Assembly: GCA_030295235.1 (NCBI GenBank)
Contig: AP026124.1
Coordinates: forward strand, 1,178,001-1,242,000
Direction: 5' to 3'
DNA: 64,000 nucleotides
Origin: Fistulifera solaris
Taxonomy: Eukaryota
Within the stretch, counting starts at the first letter, position 1; every line of letters starts with the position of its first letter. The notes under the pieces are model-generated. The model saw only the letters and a list, made by a program, of their open reading frames with translations. It searched no databases and had not been told where the DNA came from. The position numbers and the translations under genes were made by a program. This document shows positions 1-12,677 of this stretch, in pieces.

Positions 1-242
1 AGAACTTCAGCGGCCTGCTCGTCCCCGGCTAACGATGCGATTTCGTTTCTGACCTCTTCCAAAGCAGCGAGTGCAGCAGCGAAACCGCTTGGGAACTCTT
101 GTGCCAAATCTTGTTCTTTTGCGAGGAAGGCATTCACTTCCTCTGTCGCGACCTCTACATCCAAAGGAAGCGAACGCAGATATGAAATTGTATCAGGATT
201 CGGTCTTCGGGGACGATTATAATCGCTTTCGTGTCCTTTCAT
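1..242 (-). CDS. 5' part of a Nop9-like (PUF-repeat nucleolar) protein; runs off the window start
   Basis: Not in the ORF track. Manual translation from ATG at 242 gives MKGHESDYNRPRRPNPDTISYLRSLPLD...AALAALEEVRNEIASLAGDEQAAEV, open to base 1 and resembling Nop9 N-termini. An upstream exon near 320-363 (MMKRGHQKKF) is possible. Confidence 0.55.
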   Translation of the reverse strand, partial: MKGHESDYNRPRRPNPDTISYLRSLPLDVEVATEEVNAFLAKEQDLAQEFPSGFAAALAALEEVRNEIASLAGDEQAAEV

Positions 243-825
243 TGCTATGCGCGATTCTGTTTAGGGAAAGCACAAAGACATAATTGTAGACTGTAAGGCT
301 AGACCAGTCTCATCAAGACACATGTGGGCTCGAGAAACTTTTTTTGGTGGCCGCGTTTCATCATTTTATCCAGCTGAAAATGGGTGCAATAGCGATTCCA
401 GATTCCACATTTTGCGCCATCATTTTCTAAAACGAAGCCGACTGAATCAATCGAAGTCAGTCCCGGTACTGTCGAGTGTATTATGGAAACGAAATAACGC
501 GGATTGTCGAGAATCTTTAAGGACGAGATGCTGTGCACGTCGGAATCATTTACACATTGGAGCCCGGCGTACCAGGTAATACTTTATTATAATAAGAAAA
601 AGTGAAAGGAACAACAAGCATCTGCAAGTGCAACACAGCCACGTACAATGTCTCAGTTCTTTGGCGTAATGGTTCGTGAGATGCGATAGATTACAATCAG
701 TGGTTTATACATCATTAGAGATATGAAACATAGATTTACTATTAGGCTGTAACAAAAAGATCATTAACAAAGATACAATGAACAGTGGAACCTGCTGTTT
801 GATGCTTCAAAGTTCCTAAGGAGGT

Positions 826-3800
826 CTACGATGTATGATAAAGTTCGTTTTGGGCTTGACGACGTCGGTCGTCCATGAGTTGTTGCTGTCGCTGGAGCCT
901 TTCGTTTCTGTCACGTATTCTATCGCAAAATGGGACTGGACAAGAGTCAGCGACTTCGCACGTTCGCGCGTGAATCGCACACAGCGAGATAAGTCGAGCG
1001 CATATTCTACAATCAGTTTTTGGCTTGATTTCACAACTTCGAACGTGGTTGAACAGCTTCTTCATTTTCTGGCAATTCTGAAGAGAACATGCCGGGGCAC
1101 CTTGACAGCCACCTGCGTGCTCAAGCAACGCACAGTGCGCTTTGAGGGCTTTCCGGCGATCTTCTTGGCTCGTGGCGCTGTCGATCGATACTTCCATGTC
1201 GATGGGCGTAAAAGTGTGAGACAGATCGTGTTCGAAACGCGAGTCTCGCTTGGCCCATAGACCTGAAGTTACAGGCTTATAGCAGTCCTCGCAAAGGTCG
1301 AATTTCGAGCAATTATCGCAGCTGTACCGAACACCGTGTGTTATATCTCGGTAGCAAGCACCGCATTGTTGGAGAAAGAGAGGAGATGCTGGATTATGAA
1401 GCTGAAACAACACCATCATTGTCGAGTGCTTTGCCCTCCGTAATTCATCGAACTGACAGTGGCTACTTTGACAGTAGTTTAGAAAACGCTGACGCGATTC
1501 GAATAGCTCTACTTCGATAGGTTCGTCGGGATCAACCGTCTCCGTGACGTACTTCTGAGATTGATTCACTTCCTCAAAATGGCGAGAAAGGAGTGGTGTG
1601 ACCTCGTCAATACCCCGCTTTGAAAGTCGCTGGATGTCCTCAACTGATAAACCCGGATCTATGCGAACTTGATCGACCGTATTTAAGGAGATCACTTGCT
1701 CCGAGTATGTGAAATCAGCGTTCCTGTCTTCCTGGACAGCCGAGGTGTCACAAGGTGTGGTCGGATGCTTACGATCATAGGTAGGGTGTGCTTCCGGATC
1801 TACCGTAGAACTCGGCTTAGTATCTTCTACTTCAAGTGTTTCATTGGTCACAGGTGAATCTTTGAGGGACTCATCGACTTGATTTGACGACTGCTCGTCT
1901 AAAATCCTTGTTTCAACACTAGAGATTTGTTCTTTGACTAACACTTCAGAACCGGGGAGTTCTCTTCCTGGTCGCTAGCATGTAGAATATCTTGTCCTGG
2001 TGCCGTATCTTCTACAGCAGCTAAAGCAGTGTGCCCACTGTCACCTGCTTCGACTTGACTGCTCGCCTTTACAGTCTTTCCCGCTGAGATTGAGGTCACA
2101 ATATCACCTTCACAAGCAGAAGATTTTTCTTGGTTTTCACCAATCACGTTTGCTGTCATTTTTGGGGATTCCTGAGTTTCATCACAACGGGCATGCGTGC
2201 CATCATTGTCCCCTGTGGAAGGATTCGCAATTGCAGTAGTGCGATCAACGACCTTCATGACAGATCCGCCTGTCGCGTCGTTGTCTACTGCTATATTTTC
2301 CGTTACGACGTCAGGACTACCTTCCATCGAAGCATCTTCAAGCTGTTTGACGTATGTTGTGGATGCATCATCACCTTCCATGGATTCATCGTTGCTCTGT
2401 TGGGGTCCGTTTTCGATCGCAGCATCGACTCCTATAAGTTCTTTTTCGATATTCTCCGCCTCATTAGTTTCCTCATGAACGATAGATTCGACATCGACTT
2501 TGTTGGGGTTGTTACCTTCATTGCTACTTTTATCGGCATTGTTTTCGTCAATTGCACCTCTCTCTATTGCTGCTTCAACATCCCGATCTATAGCCTCCTT
2601 CTCATCACTCTCCTGTCTGCTATCATTCGTCTGAACGCTATTAGTGGAGCCATTATTGCTGATACGCTCCTGGTTTGTTTGAAAGTCTGCTTGCTCAGGT
2701 AAATCATTGTCTGTGACTGGCTGGCTACGAAGTGCTTGTTCAAAATCAGTGTTAACGCGCTGAGAAGGCACTTCGCAATCAATGACATTCTGAGCTTCGG
2801 ACAGGGACTTATTCTCGGTTTCATCCACCCTGTCGACCACAGCTGGGGCAATAATCTTCGATTCAGCATCGTCTGTTTCGGTAATTGTTGTTGTCTCCAC
2901 TGGTACTTTTTCAACATTTGTGGCTTCTTCTCTTGCTTTTTCTTGAGCATTTCCCCCAATAGTTGGGACATCGCCATTCCCCGCCGAGGATGAAGATTCC
3001 TCTTGTAAAGTCTTAATATCGTTCCCGGCTTCAACTTGTGTTTCCGTGGACGGTGAGTGCGTCCTTTCCATCGCAACTAATATTGCCCCTGAGCCCGAGT
3101 CTTGTGCCAAATTGTTAATATCACCGGCTGGATGAGTTTCGGTAGCTTGTAAGGTTTGTTCATGGTCTATAGATGCCGGATGGAAGTCAACCTTTGACAA
3201 AGTTTCTGCTGTTGGCTCTTCTTTCACAATCGAGCCAGCTTGTTGCAAGAGATCATCTTGCATTTGCAACATACCTGCGTCCTTGCCACTAATTTTCGCT
3301 CGCTTGCTGCGTTCTATTTCGTCATCACTATCATCTTTGAACGTAGTTAGATCGTCGCCGCTTTCAACTGCAGCAGCAAAGCGTCTACTTTTAAGATGGA
3401 CAACGATAAAGTTGTCTTTCATTTTACGAAGATTGAAACCAAGCCGAGTCATTACTGTGTCCTTTTCGTTGGACTCTGAGGCGGGCATTTTCATTTCTCT
3501 TTCCGTTTTTATAATGCTTTCGATCTCACCAGGAATATAGTCTCCTTCGAAGTATGGCAAGCACGTGGGTCGTCCTGTAGCCCACGGTACCGAATCGACG
3601 CCGCCTTCTACAAAATACTCATCGTACAAGTTCGTCGTTCGAATCACTATGCCCTCAGCCTTCGCGCGATCCAGCATACCGTGATACCAGGATCTAAGCA
3701 TATCCTCACGAGGTATCAACTGGTGAGCAGGGTGAATGTGAAATATGTAATCGTCGCCTGGGGTTGGTGGACAACTCCAAATATGAGCCGTATGAAAACC

Positions 3801-6800
3801 GCGTGCTTTTACGTAGCGAAGATACTCAACCAGGACTGTGTGATAAACAAGCGTTCGATAACATTTGGGTTCGAAGTATTGAACAGAATCAACGTACGAC
3901 ACATAAACCCGTCTGCGGTTCGGAGAAGGGGAATCATGACCGTACTCATAGACATACACGGCGAAAAGAAGAGTATCAGCCCCGTGGATCTTCTGAAACA
4001 AGGCAACACATTTTGTACGAACGGGGTAGTCCTTTACACATCCCTTATCCTTGTACCGACGCAGCATCTGGAAGAAAGGTAATGAGTGTACTCCGTTATT
4101 GAAAGTGACAAAATCACGATAAATCTCACCTCTTCTCCAACAAAATGTCTCTTTTCGGTATTTGACACGACGCGAATTGACAAAGATTCTACCTTTTCCA
4201 CATTATCAACAGACAGTCCGAGTTGATTCGACCGATCTTTATAGGCTTTCTCGAGTGCAGATAGAACGCCGCTTTCGATCGCTTCACTCATTTTACAGTG
4301 AGGTAAATCAGCAGCAACCTTAATTTGTTTGGAAAAGGCCCTACCAACACTGGCTTTACTCAGATAGCAATTTGGACAAGTATACCGTGCGCCAGATTTG
4401 TTCACTCGCCCATTAAACAGAGAGCAAATTTGGTGGACCCAAGAGTTGCAGTGATCGCAATTCACCCCACCCTCTTCGGGAAGAGCATCATTTTGCACTC
4501 CTGCAATTCGCTCTTACTCACTTCGGTGCCGTCATCAAGCATGATGGGTTGATCTTCACTAAGATGATGAAAGCATACCTGGCACCAGAAATTCTGCTTC
4601 GCCTGGTCAGTGTGGTACGTTGCATGCCGCTTGATTTCTTGCATTTTACAATCGCCTTGACAGTATAGGACTGTAGGTTCAAACTTTCTATTTCGGTTTC
4701 CACAAAGCGAACATAGTTCACCCTTCTTCTCCAAATTGAAGTGGGAAGAGTCTAGTTCTTGAAAGAGATGGTAAGAGTTTGTCTGCTGAATGATTGAGAA
4801 ACTATCGCAAAATCATTTTTACCTTGAATCAGAGCACGATAAGCTAAGTGAAACTTATCCAGCATAATTTTTGCCATTTCCCCAACTTCACTACTTTCCC
4901 CATTGTACAAAATAGCATTTTCGAAAACGAGACTGGTGTCACGGGCAAAAGATTCGGTATCATTGTATATTGAATTTTCCAGCTTCTTCTTTACGAGCCC
5001 AAGACACATGGGTGTTTTCACCACATCAAAATAATCCGGAAGATCCAGTGTTACAGGATCTACAGGATCATGAAACACCATGCAAGGGGGTCGTCGATTA
5101 GAGCCTGGATAATTGGTAAGCACTTATGTGTCACAGTTCGAGACGACAGGCAGAACCGTTTATTTAAAGATTCAAGGTGTTTCATGATCTCATCTCTAGA
5201 CATCAAAGGAATAAGCGACGTTTCATCGAGCCCAGAGCCAACTGACGGGGTTCGCTCTCCGGAACTTGTCTCTATAAGTTCACTTTCAGTTTTAATGGCC
5301 GCCGCCCGCTTTGAATATTGATGTGCGTCGTCTGTTTCGCTTGGTCTTTTCCTTGAAACAGACGGATTTATAGCCAGAGTTTTCCCTTTTCCGCCCCGCC
5401 GTCCCTTCCCTCCGATATATCGTGGCTTTGGTGGAACGGGGGACTTGCGTGATATAGTTCCTTGGTTGTGCCCTTCAACTATTGAACCAGAAGGTTGCAC
5501 TCCTTGCACCTGACCTGGAGCTAAAGTCATACTACTCTGTAAACCCTGTTGTTGAACGATGAGCTGCTGCTGAAACTGCTGCTGTTGAAATTGAGCTTGT
5601 GCAGCCATTTGGTTCTGGTCAAGCTGCTGGTTGCCACTACCTGTCATAAGCATTTTTACCTCTTGCTGTAACATAAGCTGTTGATGTTGACATTTCTTCT
5701 GAAGGTGCCGCAAAAGCAATTGTTGCTGCTGCAGCTGCTGCGCTTGTGGTGAACTAGGATCTTGAATTTGACGAGCATGCATTTCGAGTTGCTTTTGTTG
5801 CTTTTCAAATTTTTCTTGCTTAATCTGAAGTTGTTTGAGGTTCTCAAGCTGTTGCTTCAATTTCAAGTGCTGTTGCTGTTTAGTTTGCTGCAATTGAACA
5901 CCCTCGGGCGCTGAATTTACTATGTTCTGGGGCGCAACTGGTTGCATAGAAGACTGCTGCTGCAAAGACAGCGGCTGCATGATATTCTGGTTCATTAAAC
6001 CCGTCGACATTTGCCCCACTCCTTGCTGCATCGAATGCTGCTGGTATGGTGAGTGAGACTGCTTCATCGAATCTTGATCTCGCGTGAGAGGATCATTGGT
6101 CATAGCATCATTGTCTTTTTGATTGATTTTCATCATTACAGGGCCGCAGACTTCGCAGCTCGCGGTCTTTCCATTACTCTTACAAATACGGTAATGGTTG
6201 AGGACGCATCGGCTACTGACGCAGTGGGGCGTCTTACAGTTTTTATCCCTGCAAGCTTTCATATGCCGCCATAACGTGACCATCTGAGAGCAAAACCTAG
6301 TTTGACATGCGGCGCCAGCGGTGCATTTACTGGCATGACGGAGCAACAGCAATCTTTGTTGCTGCTGCAAAATAACTTTTTTCTTTTGCATTGAGGAATC
6401 CATGCCACTTGAAGAACCAGATGAATCCCAAAATTGCGACGATTGCGTGTTCCAATTTTGAGAGTTTATCTGCGCGGAGTTCAAAGTCTGACCCCCAGCA
6501 TCACCAATCTGAGAAGGGCCTGGCATCATGCCCGACATTGGCTGTTGCTGATGTTGTTGAATCAAAGAAGGTTGCATCTGTTGCTGCTGCAACAGACTCA
6601 TTCCGCCCATCGGCAAAAGTCCTGAATTCAGTGGCATTGCAGTCAGGTTTGCATCAGCACCCATAGTGCTACCATATTCCGCGCTTCCGCTGTTTGGCCA
6701 GATACTGTTTTTCTCAAATTGAGAAGATGTCTGTCGCTGCTGAAGATTTCCCATCATTGGAGGTGCAGACGAATTCGCCCCCATACTACTACTAAAACTA

Positions 6801-8662
6801 GACGAGTGGTTCATTTGCCCGCCCAATGGTTGCAGATGAGATGGCAACTGCGACTGATTAATGGGTGCCATTCCCATAGCTGAATTCATCGACGTATTCA
6901 TTGGATCCTGATTAGATTGGACTGAACTGGAATACATCGTGTTGTCGTTGTTGTTAGAAGTCTGAAACGAAGACCTGCCTTGACTTCGCCTAGATGGCAT
7001 GGGCTGGGTCTGGTCCCCCGATTGTTGACTAGCAGACGACGACGGCCGATGAAGTTCCAGTCCATGAGCGATTGCTTGGAGACGACGTCTTAACGTTCCG
7101 AAATCCATGTATTCTTCTTTTGTCTGCGCGGATCGGTAAAGGTGTTCTTCCAAACTTTTTGCCATGTGCGGAAGCCTGCGAAACAAACAAGACATTAGAT
7201 GCGGACTTACAAACGATGGTAATGATGCGGTCATTGCTTACTTCGACGAAACACGGTCCGTATCGGGTCTCATGTGCCTAATAACTTCAAGAATTCGAAA
7301 AATCACCTCGCGCCTATCAGGGAGGTCTGCGTTAGACTGCCAGCCGCCAGCGAAACTACCGTCTAGGAAAGTTCTCTGTTCCGAACTTCCACTTGTATGT
7401 TGACTACTATCAGTATTGTCCTGTCTCGGGTTTACTGCGTTTTGCTGAGAGCGCACAGACGAATCGTTAAAACCAGAATTGATTCCCAACAAAGGCGAGT
7501 TGGTGTAGGAATGATTGCTCCCTTGCTGACTCGAAACGCTGCCACCGCCACTAAACCTTTGGGGTTCTTGTTGAAGTAAGGTATGATTTGTTAACTGTTG
7601 CGGCTGTTGCTGTCTCATGCTATCCGATCCAAGTTGTGATGGATCCTGCATCGTCATTTGAGGGCCTCGTAGTTGTTGGTCGTTGAACGTTCCCATAGTC
7701 AGTCCTTGTGGTATACTCTCCACTGAATTTTGACCAGGAACTTGCATTCTCGAAGTCATTAACCCTCCTCCCACGGACTGCCGATGACCCATCGCCGAAA
7801 CTTGCTGCATCATGCCCATCATATCATTACTATTAGTTGATGCATTCATATGAGGCAAGCCCTGTTGTTGCTGTTTCATTTGTTGATACATTTGCTGTTG
7901 CTGCGCTTGAAGAAATTCTGGAGACGGGGTAACAGATCCCTGGGTATTCAACACGCCATGCATTTGATTACCTTGCTGTTGTTGCATCACTCCCATTCCT
8001 TGAGCGTGGTTCTGCATACCCGCCAGCTGTCTCTGTAACATCATCTGCTGTTGTGATTGAGCGTTGGGATTTCCCAACTGTGCAGCGGAACTTGAACTTA
8101 TTTGCCGAACCGCAGCAACCGGATTCGGAACCTGTGGTTGCTGTTGTGCTAATTTTTGAGCTTGTGCTTGCTGTTGCTGTTGAAACAGTACCTGCATGTT
8201 CTGCATAGAGCTAGAGGACGTATCAACAAAGCCCTTTGTATTTCCCCCAAAGTTCCCCATTCCGCCCACTCCCATCGATGCCATAAGACGCGCAGAACTA
8301 CCGCTGCTCGCATCCATCGGTGACTGTGACACGTTTCCCGCAGCCATCCCATTCCAATGAGTATTAGCCACCATCATATTGGTGTTTGAATTCATTCCGG
8401 TAGCCGCAGTCATCATCGCGTTCGACGGAGTATTTCCTTGTTGATGCATCATAGAGACAGCGGGGTTACTCAGGTGTCCGCCTTGTTGACCAAAAGCTGC
8501 TAATGGCTGAGCATTCATACCGCCACTACTAAATTGATTGCTTGACATCATCTGAGCTTGCGGAACATGCATCTGCTGCTGTTGTTGTTGTTGAAGGAGG
8601 CGCTGCTGCATGTCTTGCAGTGACTGGCCGTTCAAACCAGCCATTCCATTTTGAGACTGCAT
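826..8662 (-). CDS. CBP/p300-family histone acetyltransferase (Q-rich N-term, KIX-like, TAZ, bromodomain, PHD, KAT11 HAT, ZZ, TAZ2)
   Basis: Motifs include LLLLRHASKC (TAZ), VFHDPVDP..LPDYFDVVKTPM (bromo), CDHCNSWVHQIC (PHD), YVDSVQYF, AHIWSCPP, PYFEGDY and LRRAKHSTMM (HAT), and CGAC..CDNC..DLCEDC (ZZ). GT-AG introns at 7176-7241, 4752-4822 and 4068-4129. Single-base frameshifts at ~5078, ~4492 and ~1950. Confidence 0.95.
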
Positions 8663-9992
8663 TTCCCGCTTTTCGTTCCGATTATTTCAAAGATGCTGCT
8701 TTGAAGTACAACGTTTTACAACGTGTTCTATTGTTAGTGATCAAAGCAAAAGAAATAAGGAGAAAGGTATGTCGTATATCAAATGGAGCTTTTCAGTTGT
8801 AAGTGCTCAACTGCTGCTTCAGTACTTGGGCGTCTGCCGTTGCTGTCGTTGGGACGGACTTGGGACTGGCGTGCGGAGTGCGGAGAGGAGGTAGAGAAAA
8901 AGTTGACGTGACGCATGGCAGAAAAGCGAGACAAACACAGAACACGGCAAAAGGCAAAAACCGAGGTGCGGATCGCGGATCCGAGATCCGAGATACGCGA
9001 TGTCCTTTGGGCCTTCACATTGGACGTCATGTTTTTACAGTCAAAAAGTCATCAACGGACGTTCAAAAATGTTGCGTGCTACGTGCTATTCGTACCACTG
9101 ACACAACGACAACGACAAAGGGCTCACATGTGTGATGACCAATGACCACGGTCCATGTTCTCCATTACCAGGTATCGAAAAATAGTACTCTGGACTCTGG
9201 AGTGTCTGGCACAAGACTACAAGTTGAGAGACACATATTCCAACCATAAATGTCTTTCAATTCGCTCATAAGTAGAGAAATTCATACCTTGGTGTTTTGC
9301 ATCCAACGGAAAGTGAACGGTGAAACTTTAGAATTTCACCATCATTTTTATTTTGACGTAGTGTTAATCTTGCGACTTAGATTTAATCACGAGTCGTCTG
9401 TCGTTTGGATGATTTAGCATTTAGCTTCAGTCCTCGCTAGTCCTAGTTACCGTACCTATAATTGCAACAATCCAGTCCATTCATGCAGGCAGGGCATTTT
9501 TTACCTGAAGTCTGAAAAAATTTGGAAATCAGCACTGGGTGGACGCCATGTCAGATTTCCGGGGGAATAATGACGATCCCGGTGAGGGCTTGTTCGATAT
9601 AAAGACAATTTCATTAATCGTTTATCGAGATAGTAGCTGTATCAAAACAATTTCATGGATATGATAGGTCCATCGGTCGTCTTTTACAAGTAAATACTTT
9701 GTATGATGAAATTGTATGATGAAAACTTCCGAAAAACTACAACGGACTATTCAAAATTACTATAGCTCCAAAGTGTTGTCCGTTTTTCTCCAAGACTTGA
9801 ATTCAGTCATGAGTCAAGCTGTTCGGACTTCTCCCTCTCGACCCTGGCATGTGTCATTCATCATGGTTTTTACTATTTCAATCAACCTGATATATAGTTA
9901 CAACTCGGTAGAAGGGTAAGAAAGGCTTAAAGCGATTGAAATAATTAAGTGCCCATTTTGTAACAACCAACCCATTGCGGATCAGCGTCGCT

Positions 9993-10874
9993 TTATTGTC
10001 CTTTCTTTCCATCTACGAACCGTTCCTGCCAAACACTTAAATTTTGTCTCATTCGTCGGTTTAGCTTGCACACACTTCGCTGTGGTTTGATTCCCTTCTC
10101 AAAAGCTTCTTCCCAAGTCTTAAATAAACCTGCTTTGACCAGACACGCGCACATGACCGTCGTACTTCTTCCACGTCCATGAGCACAATGAACCAGTATG
10201 TCTCCGTTGCCATCCTCTTTTGCTCGAACTGCGAAGCTAGCGGCTTCTTCTAGTTGTTCGGGCGTTGCGGGCACACCATCCCATGTAGGCATTGAGAGAT
10301 AAGCACGTGTTCTTTTGATTGTTGTCTCGGGGAACTCGACCGTGAGATCAATAACTCCAGCCCAGTCTTTACCAAGCTCATGGCCATGGCATCCACCAAC
10401 CCACCATCCCGGTTGAACTTCAGTAGCCACGGGGCATTTGTGAGCGACAACCCCGTTCTTTTCCACACGTTTTTTGTCTTTAAGAAGATGGAGTGCAGTG
10501 TAGAGTTTCGTGGGCAAATGGAAAGGAAAGAAGAGATAGTAGGACCAACTGGGAATCTCACCAGTTTTTCTGTCTTTTCCTATTATCCACATGCCCGATT
10601 CGAGTTTGAACAACAGCGCAACCACCCCGTTGATCAACACAGAATAACCGAGTATGAGTGATGGTACTGCTCGCCAGAGCGATATAGTACTCCCACCCAA
10701 GGAACTGCGTCCAGGTACTGTTAATAGCGAGAGCACGGTTTTTGCCGAGTATCCTAGAAGTTGCCATGTCGTTAACGGAGATCCTTTATCGTCTTTGGAC
10801 AGATAACTCAGTCCAGCGTACGACAGAGCCGATAAACCGACGTATTTGAGGTACACTCCGTGAACGGTCCCCAT
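9993..10874 (-). CDS. Dual-specificity protein phosphatase with N-terminal hydrophobic segments
   Basis: PTP loop VHCAHGRGRS, general-acid loop PTWDG, VIDLTVEF; intact 293-codon ORF. Confidence 0.88.
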   Translation of the reverse strand: MGTVHGVYLKYVGLSALSYAGLSYLSKDDKGSPLTTWQLLGYSAKTVLSLLTVPGRSSLGGSTISLWRAVPSLILGYSVLINGVVALLFKLESGMWIIGKDRKTGEIPSWSYYLFFPFHLPTKLYTALHLLKDKKRVEKNGVVAHKCPVATEVQPGWWVGGCHGHELGKDWAGVIDLTVEFPETTIKRTRAYLSMPTWDGVPATPEQLEEAASFAVRAKEDGNGDILVHCAHGRGRSTTVMCACLVKAGLFKTWEEAFEKGIKPQRSVCKLNRRMRQNLSVWQERFVDGKKGQ

Positions 10875-11050
10875 TATGTATCTGCGTTGTGTTCGTGCTT
10901 CCTTCTTGAAATGGAAATTGCAAATGTTTCACCAATTGCAGTGGAAGTATTAGTGGAAGCCCAGCTCAATTCATTGGCAGCTATCGGCTGCGTTTCTCTT
11001 TCACCTTCGACTTTCTCTCTCTCTCTCCCTCGCTCCTCGCTCCTCGCTCG

Positions 11051-11078
11051 TACCAGGTACCCAGGTACCAGGGTACCC
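11051..11078. promoter_or_regulatory. TACCAGGTA/GGTACC cluster in the divergent phosphatase/Aurora intergenic region
   Basis: taccaggtacccaggtaccagggtaccc; the same motif recurs in many upstream regions. A regulatory role is inferred. Confidence 0.45.
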
Positions 11079-11490
11079 TGCACCTGCTGCATTTGCTTCG
11101 CCGGTCATTTCCCATTCCTGAATAGGGTTTGGGCCAATTTTCATTTGTCGAACGATACTGCCTAATTGCACAGAGATGCAATAAAGAGAGAACAAGACAA
11201 ACGGTTTACTTAACGAACTTTTTCTTAAGTACGCGATTCACAGAAGTCGCTCTGTAGACGGAATTTCCTAAGTAAATCAAGACAAAGGCGCACCTTGCCA
11301 CAGTAAGATTGATAGTGGATTCAGAGCAGTCCGAACCGGTTCAAACAACAAACAGCAAACAGTCGCTGGAAAAATTGGCGAAGCCTAGACGGTGCAGCGA
11401 AAAAGAAGCCCATCATTGCACCATCATTTTTCTCTGTTCCCCGAGCTCTTTTCCTTTAATGCTCGTTGCTATCTTCAATTCTTCTTCGTC

Positions 11491-12436
11491 ATGAGCTCAA
11501 CAATGGATAAAGAAAACCGAACGGACCTCAATTTTGCCTCACTTCACCCTGGTGAGAAATCCAAATCGAATTTCCCAGACTCGAAAGGTGCTTTCGAAAC
11601 CAAAGTCAAGGAAAGTGACACAGACAAAGCAGCTCGCGGTCAGCGCTGGTGTTTGGACGACTTCGAGATTGGGAAACCGCTAGGGAAAGGGAAGTTTGGT
11701 TCCGTGTACTTGGCGCGAGAGAAGAAATCGAAGTACATCGTCGCGCTGAAAGTTCTCGACAAATCACAGCTTGTGCGAGCGAATGTCGAACATCAACTAC
11801 GCAGAGAAATTGAAATCCAGAGTCATTTACGGCACCCAAACATTCTTCGTATGTATGGCTACTTTTACGACTCTAAACGGATCTACTTGATTCTCGAATT
11901 CTCGCCGGGAGGCGAGCTTTATAAGCAGCTGACGAAGAAAGGAAAGTTCAGCGAGCGATTGTCGGCGAAATTTATTTCCGATCTTGCCTTTGCCCTGGAC
12001 TACTGCCACTCAAAACATGTTATTCATAGAGACATTAAACCTGAGAATCTTCTGGTCGGAGTGAACGACGACATCAAAATCGCTGACTTTGGCTGGTCTG
12101 TGCACGCCCCTACCTCACGTCGCAACACATTGTGTGGAACGCTCGACTACCTTGCACCGGAAATGGTTGAAGGACGAGAACACGATAAGCAAATCGATGT
12201 CTGGAGCTTAGGGCGTTCTCTTATACGAGTTCCTTGTCGGTAATCCTCCTTTCGAAGCTGAGAATCATTCTGCGACTTACCGCCGCATCTCTCGCATTGA
12301 CTTGCGATTCCCTCGACACGTGCCTACTGATGCTCAGGATCTCATTCGTCGCCTTCTTGTCAAAGATCCAACAAAGCGAATGTCTCTCGAAGAAGTTCCT
12401 CGACATCCATGGGTGGTACGCAACTTGAGCAGTTAA
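11491..12436 (+). CDS. Aurora kinase
   Basis: [69 protein letters not shown]. An extra G at ~12212 shifts the frame; the corrected C-terminus reads [15 protein letters not shown]...[10 protein letters not shown]. Confidence 0.95.
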
Positions 12437-12677
12437 ATAGCAGAATTGCGCCGTATGGCTGCACCGAATCATAATCTTTCTGCTAGCTTAGCGTAAACGC
12501 CACGACTCAACTCCCATCATCTTTTCAACGTTGTACGTTGAAAATGACTTGAGGGCTATAAGGGCAAGAAACGATTCAGCTTCATCATATCTTAACAATA
12601 GATCAACAATGCTTACTTTCAAAATCGGTTCGTCCGATGTAATTTTGCTATTTAACACTTAGAAATTCATCTTTAAT

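Noticed and set aside
71..579. Plus-strand ORFs 71-283 and 322-579
   Set aside because: The minus-strand frame from 242 gives a more protein-like, Nop9-like sequence.
2000..4102. Plus-strand ORFs of 80-190 aa overlapping CBP (and similar shadow ORFs over other genes)
   Set aside because: Antisense or alternate-frame shadows with no recognisable motifs.
5500..8620. CAG/CAA-rich tracts as a separate repeat element
   Set aside because: They encode the polyQ-rich regions of CBP/p300.
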